DNA from: Trichosphaerium sp. ATCC 40318
Taxonomy: Eukaryota; Protista; Tubulinea
Length of the DNA: 64,000 nt
Assembly (NCBI GenBank): GCA_038496445.1
Contig: JALMLS010000197.1
Span: 1-64,000 of the forward strand
Direction: 5' to 3'
Shown here: positions 25,606 to 39,174 of the stretch, piece after piece
How the letters are laid out: each line of letters starts with the position of its first letter
How positions within the stretch are numbered: position 1 is the first letter of the stretch
Translations under genes and position numbers: made by a program
The notes under the pieces: model-generated
Database searches by the model: none
Told to the model about the DNA's origin: nothing
The model's input: only the letters and a program-made list of their open reading frames with translations

Positions 25606-27724
25606 TCATTTGAGCCCAGAACAAGGTGGAGAGTTTCCTTTGCAAATGTTTCCAGATACAGTTCCTTCTTGATTCTGGAAAAAAAGTCACGTGTAAGATA
25701 TCACTGTGTTATTTATAAACAATTAATAACTAACCAATGCGCCAATATGTTGATCTTTATTGACAGTGTTATAAAGCACTTCATTATCCTCGATTGCTGG
25801 CAAGTTCTAGTAGTAAAAAAACTTTAAGTAAGCTGGTGGTGAAAACAACATATAAAAAAAAACGACAATACGTAAAAGGCAATGTATCCACTTGTGCCAC
25901 CACTCAAGTTATTATCTGTAACGATTTCTTGTTAGCGTTATTCCTACAATACGATCCGTACACTGCCAAATATTTCTATAACCACAACCACTATTTACTG
26001 CTTGCTGAAGTATACCTTCTCCATCGACGGTTAAGTAAGGCGACTTTCCAATTCTTTGACGGTTGATGTGACCAGTATTAAGTGTGACGTTGGAGGCATA
26101 TCCTTGAACATTATAACCTCTGTTTTCGTTTGTATCAGAACCACGAGCTACAGTAATACCATCATCTGAGTAGAAAGTAGTATCTGATTGTAGATTAGCT
26201 CAAAATATTTTGAAATAAATCCCTTACTTTTTGCCACTTCAACGTGGTTGTTCAAAACCAAGGTACCAGATCCTTTTGTCTTCCCATCTCCTCCACCACT
26301 CCAAGATATACCTACACGACCATTCTGATATACGTAGTTATCTCTGATCACAAGGTTTTGTCGATATGACCAAGGGAAACAATCGGGGTTTAACGCTCCT
26401 AAAATTTTGTTAGCTGCGCTTGTTGATAGTACCCTACCGAAACCCGAGGATCCACACTGTCCACTTGAGGCTATAGAACCTGCTACAGCGCCTAATAATA
26501 CCTGGTTGACATCAATACCATAGTGGTTATCATAAGGGTAATCTTATTTAATTCTTAGCGTTCAATGTTAGTTTGTGGCTTTGGTACCTATTTTCTCGTC
26601 AATTGCCGGGTATTCGCCACCTCTACCTTCTAATTTTATGGATACCTTTGTTACTCTAGATGCTTGAGCAACCAAATTATTTGCTACAAGAGCAGAATCA
26701 TCGCTATATACAGCGATAGGTGTAGAAAAAGCCCAAGGAAGTTCATTTTTTGTTTTACCTGTAGCAGAAAAGATTATTAGCGAAGAGCTGTTCTTGTTTG
26801 GTTTAACTAATTATGAACTTGCCTGGGTCAGATGGTCTGATATACTTACAAGACACATGTTGTATTTTATTACCGAATACTAGCTTGTTCTTTCCCATTC
26901 CTGTAATTGCAGAAGATTCCCACCAATAATTCTGAAGGTTCCACTTTGTTGAGCTTGTTTTTAGCCCAGGCCTTTATAATTATTCAACACGTGAGCAACA
27001 CGTGACTGCCCTTTTTTAAAAATTGTCTATCGTACCAGAACATGATAGCTCCTCCATCGCTGTACACGTTAACAACGCCTATGTTTTCTGATTTTGGATC
27101 CAAGTTTCTGAAACCATAGTGAAGTCTATCAGGAAATATCAACTTTGTCTTTGGATCTAGATCACCAGGTTTGTCTCCTTTCTTTGCTACCTGTGTTCCT
27201 TTTTCAAAATGAGTGAGCCTAATCTCACAAAATTAATAGTGGAATACCTGTCATTGCTCCACGGATAACAATGTTAGACTTGAGATCAATAAAGTCAGAA
27301 AAAGTATACTCGCCAGCTGGAAAATACACAACGCCGCCACCTTTATGATTTAACTAAAGCATGACACCCAATGATACTTACCGTTCTTTATAGCATCTTC
27401 TTGTGCCTCGTTAAACTTGTCTAATGCCGTTTTGCCTTTGTAATCGTTGACGTTATAAACCTTTTCAAAAAACGCACGTGAGAACAACTTTTATGTTTAA
27501 AAACCGTTTATTAAGCCATACGCATGTCCAATTGACCATTTTCTCGATCCATGGATAAGATTTTGTGCCGTAAAACTTGCTAGTGGGTACTACGGAACCT
27601 AAGGTTAAAAAACATTGATAAACAAAGTCAGTTTACAATCTTTTGGTCCACTACTCTTTGAGCCGCACGAATGGCTGTATTGTAATACACAGAGTATTGT
27701 CAGTACTAAGAGGTGCTTATTCAT
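25606..27724 (-). CDS. Secreted right-handed beta-helix (pectin-lyase-like) protein, multi-exon
   Basis: Signal peptide MNKHLLVLTILCVLQYSHSC; VYNVNDY...GGGVVYFPAGEYTF..IDLKSNIVIRG is a Pectate_lyase_3-type start; many Asn/Gly-rich beta-helix-like segments follow. Confidence 0.7.
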
Positions 27725-28706
27725 TGGGTTGGAAATACGACGTTTAACAGGACAGTGTATTAGTTCACATTGCTTAATAAAAACAGTTGCCAATGTTTTG
27801 TTTGCAAAGTGTTCTGGATATGTATCATTCTTAGGTAGTGCGTATTAATAGGTTATGTTTCTAATCATTCGCAAACACGTGGCGTACTTAGCCTAGTGTT
27901 TGGGGGATGACAAGAACCGTTGTTTAATAAAGTCAGCCGTCAGTGAGGCTTGAGAAAGAAAACATAGTAAGTACAACTAGAAAGGTAGGGCAAACCAACA
28001 GTTTATTCAAAGTGGATAAAAAAGAGACAGACTAGGACAATGAGTATTGACACTTGCATTTTTGTTGCGCTTTGTGTTTCTGTTGAACTACCTCATCTTC
28101 GTATACTTGTAGGCTAATTAGGTAATAGTACCAAATGCTGAAGTTCTTACTATATCTGGGAGGAGATCTATCCTTTACAGAAGAGCTTGCATACACCATG
28201 AGACTGCTTCAAAGGTGGCGTACTCCGCGAACACACAACCAATGATGCAAGTTATTTGTACTTTGTATAATGGACGTATCTTCAACCTTGTATCGCGCTA
28301 TTGATGGCTGATACAAACTGTTTGAATAAGTACACGTTAGTTCCAAAATAGCAGAACGCAACTTGCTTTTTCTCACCTCAAAATAATCACTGGACTGGGG
28401 TGTAGGATGTGGACGACATGGTTACGCCTGAGAACCTTAAATCAACCCCATCCACCAGTTTTTTATATTTTAATATTTATGTCATACTTACTAAAGGACC
28501 CTTTGTACATAAAGGTTCAAAAAAATGGTGCTCACTTTTTTATTGTTGGTCGAGTTCCTTTGTATTTTTTTTTTACAAGTATAATGCATTATGAATGTCT
28601 AATTGTATAGAAGGGATTTTGTGGGAGGCAGAGGGGCTCTTTTTTTTTGCTTTATTTCTTCAAAAGACAATTTTTAACCCATTGTCTTTAACCACCAAAA
28701 CCCCAT

Positions 28707-31105
28707 TTACCCAGCGGTTACATATGATTCTTTATCAGCACGCTCAATAGCAGCCATAAGACTTTGTCTTTGTGCATCAGCAGAATCAATTTTTTGTACT
28801 TGATTAGCCTTCTTTGCCTGTAAAAAACAATAAGAGCCAGATACCAACACAAAAAAAAAGAAAAAAAACACAACAAGCCATAGCTCTCCCAAACCACGTA
28901 CCAAACCTTCTTTGATGCGGTCCTCCATTACTGGTCTGAAGTGTCTAATAAGACCTTGAACAGGCCAAGCAGCGGCATCACCCAAAGCACAAATAGTATG
29001 GCCTTCGATACTTCCAGCTAATTGCTCAACTTGATCAATTTCTTCAAAAACGGCATCACCCTTTGTAATACGATCCATGATACTAGCAACCCATGGTGTA
29101 CCTTCACGGCATGGCGTGCACTATAATTAAGATCAATATCAAGAATCAAGTGGGAAGGGTTTGAAGAAAGAAACGAACCTGACCACAACTCTCGTGAGCG
29201 TAAAATTTGGAAAATCGAGCAATAGCTTCAATAACATCTGCAGACTTGTCTAGTACAATAACAGCAGCAGTTCCGAGACCCTATTGTCATTTTAGTCGAT
29301 TTAACATAATTATAACGTGGTTGAGTATAACGTACTGATTTTACATCAACAAGAGCGTCAAAGTCCATCATAACATCATCACAAATATGTTTAGGAAGGA
29401 TAGGTACAGAACTACCTCCAGGCACAATACCAAGAAGGTTATTCCAACCACCTGTAACACCACCAGCATGTCTTTCAATCAACTCCCTATAAAAAAAAGA
29501 CAAAACTGTAAGCACAACAGAAATAGAAAGAAAAGCATCCAAAAAAAAATCCACGTACTTGAGTGGAATACTCATTTCTTCTTCTACTGTACAAGGTGTA
29601 TTGACGTTACCACTGATGTTAAACAACTTCGTTCCAGAGTTACGTTTACGACCAAAGGAAGCAAACCAAGCACCACCTCTAAAGCATCATTGGTTAATCA
29701 TACAACCATTAAAAACTGAATACTTATAGCTTGCTAAAAAACGCAACAAAAAAAAAATAAAAACTCTTCAAAAGTATGGTTTTCTGTTAATTCATCGGAG
29801 CTTTAAATACCTTCGTAAAATAGTTGGAGAGACAGCAATAGTCTCTACATTGGTTACAGTTGTTGGACAACCGTATAGACCAATATTAGCTGGGAATGGA
29901 GGCTTCAAACGTGGACGTCCCTATAAGAAAACAAATACAATAAGATAAATGTTTTACGCTCAACCATAAATATATAACGTACAGGTTTACCTTCTAAACT
30001 CTCTAGGAGGGATGTTTCCTCCCCGCAAATGTATGCTCCTGATCCTTTGTGGGTGTATATATCAAAATCCCATCCTGATCCTGCTGCATTCTTACCAAGC
30101 AAACCTATCATGGAGAGTCAAAACAAAGGTAAAAAAAAAAAGTTTGATTTTTGGTACCAGCGTCATAAGCTTCTTTGATTGCTTTGTCAAGTACCTCAGT
30201 TTCGCGATAAAACTCACCTAAGCCGCGATTAATACAATTATTGAACGTTATTACGATGAATTGCGGTAGTCTACAAAAAAGACCAAAAAAACGCTTGCTT
30301 TCATTAAAAAACACTTACCACGGACGTAAATGTACGCTGCATGAGCACCCATTGCGAAACCAGCAACAAGACATCCTTCAATAAGAGTATGTGGGTCATG
30401 ACGCATAATCTCTCTGTCCTTGCACGTTCCAGGTTCACCTTCATCAGCGTTGATTACAAGGTAGTGTGGACGACCATCAGACTTTTTAGGCATGAAACTA
30501 TGAGAGAATAGCGTTAGAAGGACGTCGAAAAAGAAAGGGTTTTACAAAAAGGCGAAATGATGTTTCGAACGGAAGAATTTTTTTCGTTGGTAGCGTAGTG
30601 TACAACGCCGTTATGCTGTTTCGACCAGAAAGAAGTTGAAAAGGGTTAAAGACGTTGAGTTAACTTTTTACAACGCTTGTAATATCAAATGGCATATTAT
30701 ACCTCCATTTAAGACCTGCAGGGAAGCCTGCACCTCCTCTACCTCTCAAACCAGAAGTTTTCATTTCTTGTATTATCCAATCCCTTCCCATACCAATGAT
30801 ATCTTTGGTGCGATACCATAAACCCTTGTTTGACAATTAATTGAGCAAAATGAAGTATAAACTAATAAACGCTATTTGATAGCAACGTACACGTTTTTGG
30901 GAGGATTTGAGGTCAGTACCGAAATCATCTGCACAAAACATTAATAAACTACTGGCACTACTAACGTGCCATAGATGTTGGTGAAAATACGATCTTTGTC
31001 TTGCAATCCGCCATAAGCGCGAATTTGAACTTTTGTTTGTGCTTTTGGCTTTTTAACAACCCGCACAGCGCGCTGCCTAAGTCCAGCTCGGATACCAAGC
31101 CTCAT
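28707..31105 (-). CDS. NDUFV1: NADH:ubiquinone oxidoreductase 51-kDa flavoprotein subunit, multi-exon
   Basis: Basic transit peptide, [92 protein letters not shown]. Confidence 0.97.
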
Positions 31106-31190
31106 CGCCGTGTCGCTCACTAATTATGTAAGTCGCGTGCAGTCAAGTCTGACACAACTAACAATCTTGACAGTTGAATGTTTGACTAAC

Positions 31191-34100
31191 ATGTGGTCCG
31201 GGCTTTTGAGGAAGAAGCAAGGCTCTGGAAAGACAAGGGAACAACAATTCGTTATAAACGAGTTTTTTCTTAGCGTTTACACCCGCTCCAAGGTTAGTAT
31301 ACGCTTCACCCTGAAGTAGGGCGGAAATCCGTACAGTACGTTTATTTTAACACCAACAATAGCAAAAGAATGAAACATCCAAGGAGGTGGCTGGGTTGAA
31401 GTATCACTTCTATCTGTTGAATTGTTCGGTTTCAAACTTAGACAAGGAAAAATGGACGTTTACGATCGAGCACTGTGGTGTACGGTACGTGACAGCACTT
31501 AAAAAAAAAACAAGCAAAAATAAATGCGTCTCCCAATTGTACCTGTTTACACTAATTTATCGATACAGCTATCGTATATCATCATGCCATAAGAATCAAC
31601 AAGAAGCTGAGCGTGACATAATGGGTTGGTGAGCACAAAAAAGCCGCTCAAACTAATACACTCTATCTTACTTTTTATACATAGGTATGGCATCCTGGAA
31701 TTCGCAATTGCACGTACAACGCGGTGGGAAGCAAATGCGTTTAGTGACGCAAACAAAAAACTTGAAGGGAACCTTTTAAAGCGTGGAGGCCTAGGGCACA
31801 ATAAAAAGAATTGGTACGTTCACTTGTTTTGGTGATTTTCTTTATTACGTGCTCATGGACCAATTTAGGAAGAAAAGGTTTTTTAGGCTACAAGGCAATT
31901 ATTTGATGTATTTTGAGACAAAGCCAGTGAGTTTTTTCTCAACTTCCTCTTTTATTTCTTTCTATTTTTCCCAGTGTTCTGATTTGTATCTAGAAAGCTG
32001 CTGATGACTTCTCTACGCTTAAAGGGCTTATTAATCTTGAAAATGTTACACAACTGGATCAAGTACACCAAAAATTTGCTTGTCCGGTCGTATTTAGACT
32101 TGTTTTTTAGAACCAATTCGATAGACACGGCAAGAAGAAATATTTTTCGGTTGTAGTTGGCAATACGCGCGGATTTTACATATCTTGTAAGGACACTACA
32201 CAAAAGCGTGTATGGTTCAATGCATTAAGCGACTTTTTGAATCAAATGCCCAAACGAGCAAATGTACGGTTGAACAGAAAAAGTTGGTTTTTTTTCCCAT
32301 AATGTTTTTTGCATTGAGCTTCGTTGGTTTTGACTGTTTTATAGCTACATATGCTTTCAAGCAAAGAAAGTATAGTTGGTAGTGCAATTATGCAAATAAG
32401 ACGCTCTGTAAATGGCACTTGGTGTTCTCAACTTGTCGCTCTTACTTCTCATAATATTCGTCTTTATAAATTATCTCGTCCTGATTTTTCTCTGGAAAAA
32501 ACATCTGAGGAGGTTCTACAATCTGATTATGGTAAAGGTCTAATATCAAGCATGTCAATAGTTGGCATGTGTGGATCAATTGGTGCGTACAAATTATTTT
32601 AACGGAGTATTCATTGAAACAAACACTAACTTGTTGTTTATCTAGATTCTGATACCCTAAAGATAGGCATGTGCTTTTTTATCAATTGTATTGATATTAC
32701 TACTGTTGCTTATATTTTATATAGTCGGTGCAACTGGTGAAGAATGGTTCCTTAAAGGAGCTGATAAGCTGGATGCATGGTTATGTAAGATACATGAAGT
32801 TATAGCATATACTACTGCAAAAGTAGCTTCAGTAAGCTTTAACATGCATGAGTAGTATTGTACTAACAAATAATAGCGCGGTGGGGAGACCCAGTTCACC
32901 ACAAAGTTTATAACTCCAAGCGTACGTACTTTTGTTGAAAATAACTGATTCACAACTGTTTACTTACTTTTTTTTGAAGCATGCGAAGGAAGATGCTATA
33001 ATGTTTGTTGATAAAGAAAGAGCGAATGTAGTCGTTCCACATATGAATAAGGTTATAAATATACCTCTTGAAATAGTTAGTGACATAATCGTCTCTTCTG
33101 GTATATCTGAAACGCTAGCTATTCAGTTCATGGTATATTTTTTTTGACACATGTTTTTTTTTTCCGTTATTAATTGCTTATATCAGGATAATGCTGATAT
33201 TGGCGTTTGGAAATTCTCTAGTAGTAATGTCCGTGGTATGTGTGATGCCATAAACATCATGAGAGGGACAATAGTAATATCAGATAATGTTGCCAAGTTA
33301 ACGTACGTTAATGTTATCAAATTAGCTTTCTTATCGAATATAGGCCACGTAGTGGTGGTCGTAATACTGTTGGAGCAAAGGATAAACCGTCTTCACCAAT
33401 TGTACGGTTATAAAACAGTGATGTTTTATTTTAGAAATCTAATATCTTTTGAAACAAAATAGAGCCTCCCAGGAAATTCTAGAACTGGATCTATCCCAGT
33501 GATAAGAAGAACTAATTCTGCATTAACTACTTCAGTAGTAGATCCTTTTTATAAAGAAATTGAGCCTATAGCTGGCTCTGGAAAATACTTTCGTGTTCAT
33601 ATGCCTAATGGTACAACACTTTGACATGTTTCTGTTTTTGATATCATTTTATGGATACTTAAGTTAACTCTTCGGTTTTTAGGCAAAACGAACTTGTTAA
33701 CATTCTCGGCTGAATTGATTTTGGGTAAATTACTTGAACAGTGTTGCTTTGAGGCTGTAAGTCTTAGTTTTTTTAAAATAGTTATCTCACTAGTGTGGTA
33801 GGGTTTAGATGCTGATAATTGGACACCACAAACGCCAGATGGTACTTCAGTATCAATGTATTGTACTCTGGGGGAGCTTAAAGGGTATGCAACACGATAT
33901 GAATAATGTGCTTGGAGTGAACCTCTCTAATTCCTTCTAGAGCTCAAGTCAAACTAGTACCAAAGATTACTTCTACAACACCGTACGTTTACCCTCAATA
34001 ATTTTATGTATTTTTTTGTTCATTGAATATCTGCAGTCGAAGTGCCATCTCGTCACCTTATGGTTCTCCAATGAATTCTCCTGTAACGCCACGTAACATG

Positions 34101-34813
34101 TATGGGCCTTCGGTGCCTAAGCGAGAGCATAGCCCTCTAGCCCGTCCAACTAGTAGAGATCACTTAGTGGGACACGTGCCATCTGAATCTAGCGATTCTT
34201 CTGTTGTTGATAGCTCATATGTGCGTCAATGTTTGTGTTTTTTCATCTCTATGTGAGGTATTCCTGACTAACTTTATACCAAGTCTTCAAGCTCTGACGA
34301 TGAGACTAATGAGAAACAATACGATAGTGATTATTCACTAATGTCTGCTGTTGCTACATCAGCACCTAAGAGCATAATAAAGGCACCAGGTTCAGCGGGT
34401 ATTAGACCAACTACATCAGCTCCTTCATCTCCAAATGCTGTCAGATTATCGTCTGCGCGTACGCTTATTATCATAGCCAAGTCCTCTGTTGTGTAACTCC
34501 GTTATTCTAGGTATTACTCGTATCTCTATAACACCAAAAAATAACGCTCAAGCTGGTAATGTTTTCTTTCAAAAACGGGATCAAGTGAGAGTCTTATATG
34601 ACTTCACGTCTAGTACAGATCGTGAAATAGATGTAGTCAAAGGTCAGACTGCTACTGTATTAACTGCAGCTTCTCAATGGTACGTTGGAATGTGTTATCT
34701 TCTGAGACTTACTTTTTTGTTTCAACAAAAGGTTACGCGTTCAAGTTGATCCTGAGTCTGATGGACCTATTGGATGGGTGCCAAAGAGTTACTGTGAAAT
34801 CGTTACTGAATAA
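31191..34813 (+). CDS. Multi-PH-domain protein with a ubiquitin/RBD-like segment, a Ser/Pro-rich region and a C-terminal SH3 domain
   Basis: MWSGLLRKKQG; LEGNLLKRGGLGHNKKNW|KKRFFRLQGNYLMYFE (PH); YFRVHMPNG; VRVLYDF...EIDVVKGQ...W...GWVPKSYCE (SH3); TAA at 34813. Confidence 0.8.
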
Positions 34814-34992
34814 TTGATGGCTGATGAACAACACCATGGCAGTTTGATTTAATGTATTTGTAGGGCGAAAAATCGCCCCAAAGTGTTCAAAAAAAAAATT
34901 TCTATTAAGTCGTGTTTAAGATCTTATTAAGTTCATGTTTTTGTTGATATATCACCACAGACGGCGTAAATACTCATGGAGCGTATTAGAAG

Positions 34993-37329
34993 ATGAGCAG
35001 CGCGTTTAGAGCAGTTCAAAGAAGAAGAAGGAAATCAAAACGCGAGCTCCGACGCGAAGAGGAGGGTACGTGGCGAGTTATAGCGTAAAATGAACTCTTT
35101 GTACATAAAACGTTAAAACTTTTGATAATTACACGTTTTAACGTTTAAAACGCTACAATAGTACAGATTAATGTTCAATATACTCATTTTACGCCTTTTA
35201 GCAAAGAAATACAAAGTAACACCTTATGCGGATGACATTCCATCTCAAAGGGCATTTTTTGACTTAGAACTCGTTCCTGCTCTTGGTATAACTCATCCTA
35301 ATGATTGGTACGGTATACGCTTGCACACTATTGCCCGCCTTGGTGGAGCGCATATCTTACAACAGTACGAGAGCACCAGTTATCAAAAAAAGGAAAAACT
35401 GTCAAACTTTGAAATGTCAACCCACAAAAAACCCAAATGGTTTTGTTGTATCTACCTAAACAAGTCCCTAGACATGAAAACTCAGTTCAGAAGACATTAC
35501 AGAATGTATATCCTGAGGTAGTATGGCAACATTCCAAGTTTGTGTACGTAATGGCTTAAAACAAACCCAGCACAAACTAATATTTTTTATCATACTTAAT
35601 TTGTTATAGTTGGTACAGTACCAAGCCTCTATTTGATGACAAGTATAATCATAGATTACAAATGAATAGAATTGCAAAGCATCTTGGATATAAAGTGCTA
35701 GATGACTATTATGACTTTACTTGTAAACAAATGATTGAACTTGGTGCCAGTAGTATTCTGCTATGGTGAGCACCTTTTGTCAAGTTCCGGACTGCCACGT
35801 GGTTTGTTAAAATTGCTAAAAAAATAAGCTTAGTTATAACTCATCTGTTACACATACTCTCAAGGAACTGTATCCTCAACACAATTGGATAGAATGGAAT
35901 TTCAGGTGAGACATGAAAAAGTGTTAGTATCAATAAAATCTGACACTGTTTTTTCAGACATACTCCGAAAGCTTTCTTTAAAGATAAAGCAGCACAAAAG
36001 AGAAGGTTTGATGAACTTGCACAAACACTTAATTTGAAAGTCCTGGATGATTGGTATAAGGTTACACAGAATGGCTTAGATTCAACGAGTGCTCACAGAA
36101 TCGTACAAAGAAAGTACGAAAGCTAGTTGTTTGATGGTCTTTTTTTCTCCTTTTATTCTTGGTTTGACCTTTCAATCTTAGGTATGGTGGTTCCTTTTCT
36201 TTGGCTTTGTCTTCATTATATGAGAATCATGATTGGGTTACAACTCGATTTAGGTAATACCACACACTCAAGCATCTAATAATTCATTAACGGATATTCT
36301 TAGAGTCGTACCGCGAGGTCATTGGAAGAGTGAAAAAAATATTAAAGAATTTTTATACTGTACTTATATTCTTCTGTTTTGAACAAGCTTCAATGTTGCT
36401 TTTTCCCGAAATTCTTTGTTCTAATGTATTACCTAGATGTTGAAGAAAAGTATAAAATCAGAAACCCAGATGAATGGTATCGTATAACAAACTCTCAACT
36501 TCGTAAAGCAGGAGGAAAAATAATGACAAATACAAATCTTTACCCTGAATGCTTACGGTTCGGAACCAAAGAGTAATCTCGGGTATTTCTTTAATGCATA
36601 CTAGACTTATACACCCAAATCATGATTGGGTTATGGACGCTTTTAAAAATCCAGAAAAGAAAGGCGCACAGAGGTACACACTTTGGTTTTTTTTACACCT
36701 TTTTTAGTTATTTTTCTTTTAATTGAAAATAGAGTTCTATTTCGTTGCATTCGTGATTTGTTCCCAAAATTAGAAGTAATTGAAGAAGCCAATTTAACAG
36801 CAATACTTGATATTGGCATAACAGTTCTGGCAGATATATTTGTACCTGACCTGAAACTCATCTTTGAGTATCAAGGTATGTCTTTATTTGATTTTTCAAA
36901 CAACTCTTTGTAGTTTGTTCGCTGACTGATGAATCAAAAGGAGAACATCACTATGGTGATAGTAATAAATATGGGCCATCTACAGGGCAACAAACCCGTG
37001 ATGCTGACCGCAGGTCCAGATGCCAGAAGCGAGGTAATATCAAAAAAGTGATTTTTATTTTACACCAACTTTGTTTTTCACTTTGAACTAAGGCTTGACG
37101 ATTATAAATATACCTTATTGGTGGGAAGATGGTGATATGGATACCTTAAGCGCTACTATTGTACATTATAGGTACCATATATAGCTGTCAGCTAGATAAC
37201 AATTTTAAAACAACTAAGAAGTAGAAAACTGTTTCATCAAGCTTTTTGGTTTTTTGGGTACCTAATTTATTTTGTAGACCTGACATTCAGTTGTCTTTTC
37301 AAGAAGGCGTTAAACCTCTCCTTGACTAA
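34993..37329 (+). CDS. ~70-aa 'LDDWY' repeat protein with C-terminal Vsr/DUF559/RAP-like nuclease-fold domain (paralogue B)
   Basis: Four repeats (LGITHPNDWY, LGYKVLDDYY, LNLKVLDDWY, KIRNPDEWY), each followed by GG/GA- or YGGS-type and (Y/H)x..xW segments; C-terminus LADIFVPDLKLIFEYQG|EHHY...RDADRRSRC..G|LTIINIPYWW; Arg-rich N-terminus. Confidence 0.82.
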
Positions 37330-37561
37330 AACAAATAAAAGAGACCTCTATGGGCTGACTGTTTTTGGAAGAAGCGCTTTAGTGAATTGAATATGCACAA
37401 AACAGTACGATGTTAGGTTTTGTTTTTTGATGAATTATCAGAACAATTAAGTTGAACAGCAACATTACTCTTGAGCTGCAAGATGTTCAATTGCAGTCGT
37501 AGTGACCTAACCACTACACTGTACTGTTTCAAGTACTACAACACCCTCAGTTGGTTTACAA

Positions 37562-39174
37562 TCATACCATATTCCAACAATGCGATGTTTTAATCACAAC
37601 ATGTGATTTCAAGTGAGGGATAGCTTTTCTACATGTGGTTTTTTTTTTGACAGTTTTTTCGGATGAATGGTGGCGTGTTAAACTTGCGACACATGGATAT
37701 GATCCTGAGGGATGTCCAAATAACGATCCGTATGTGTTAATTTGCTTCAAGTATTTATAAAAACGAGAGCAAGTTATGGAAGCATCCTTGCCGTGATATA
37801 AAAACTGTTATGAGATTTTTCTTTTTGTTGTAAAACGAAGTAACAGCACATTGATTTCGTTCACTTTCACTACCATGAAAATAGTCAGGACACCACTAAA
37901 AATAATGTCAACAACACATAATTTGTAGTTTAAAAACAGGTACACTATCTCCCTCAATCCGACCATCCACAAGTGTAGCATAAGATGTATATAATCGAAT
38001 ATCAAAATCATCTTTTGAAACATCATTACCAAAATACTCTTTAAGAAAGTCTTCATCACAAATAGCTGAGAAACCTGTTGTTTTAAATGTAAGTAAGCTG
38101 GAGCAAGTTGGCTTTTGAGCACCCATACTTCTGGGTAATATATTAATTATGAACAAAATTGGTACCTGATTCAAAGGCTCTTTCGGGGTATACCAAAGTA
38201 TCTGATACAAACCTATTTTCTTGACTTATTCCAATATTTTGTTTCTTAAAATCTTCTGTCTCTGTAAACCAGATATTTAGTTTATCAAATGCACAAGCAT
38301 ACATGAACCTGTAGTTATATAAGGTGGTACCAAAATATTGTTGGTGACTCACTCTGAACGTGTTATGCTCACATCATCTTGGTTCATACAAGTCAAATAG
38401 TACAATCCTTCTTCTTCAACCAGAAGAGCAGCGAGCGCTAATAAGTGAATACGCTCTTGTGATAAATGACAACTAACACGGTGAATACAACTATAAGACT
38501 CCAAATCGTAGTAGTCATCACCAAACGGATGGATGAACGCTGTCTTTGCACTGAAGAAAGTTTTAGGAAACCATCATTTTTCAAAAACCACGTGATTTCC
38601 ATGAACTAATGTATGTACATACATATCGGTTTTTGACATCTTGTCTACTACGTGACGATGTATGTCAGAAGCTAAACGGTAACATAAGCGAGTAAACAAC
38701 AAACAAAAAGGAAAAACTCCAGTGAAAACCTAGGTTATGTTCTGTAGTAAATTTGTTACCTCCTAAAGAACCAATTCTTTCAATGACAATATTACACGAA
38801 TACACTGCCCAATAACGATCATACCACGTCTCATCATTATCTAGGGGTATCATCTACAGAAGTGGTATAAATGAGAGCTAAGTTTATGGGTCTTGGCTTG
38901 CCTTTGATGTAAATGAGAATTCCTCTTGTGCAAGAGTCTTCCATACAGCGTCAGAAACGGCAACTGATCGCCAGTGCTACAAATACTTATGAGATGGCGG
39001 ATTCTGAGACAGCAAAAACAAAGCTGTAGGATAATCTGAGTCAGTTCCGTATAAACGAACTGTATTTCAATGTCTTACCTTGTCTACAAGCGAAACTGCA
39101 TTGCGCAGAGTTTTTACGTGAACGTACTTTATTATTTCCAACAGAACGTCATAATTTAATTCCACAGTGATCAT
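37562..39174 (-). CDS. F-box-like protein, multi-exon (3' end uncertain)
   Basis: MITVELNYDVLLEIIKYVHVKTLRNAVSLVDK|HWRSVAVSDAVWKTL fits the F-box pattern; downstream exons are joined by canonical introns. Confidence 0.65.

Noticed and set aside
26608-26626. GGTATTCGCCACCTCTA resembling the right TIR of the hAT-like MITE
   Set aside because: It lies in frame within an exon (GRGGEYP) and has no partner TIR or TSD; probably coincidence.
28135-28330. In-frame TGAs here and at 12201 suggesting stop-codon reassignment
   Set aside because: TGA terminates intact genes (PDE, Pro/Thr protein, beta-helix protein, HhH protein), and conserved Trp positions use TGG. These are more likely relics.
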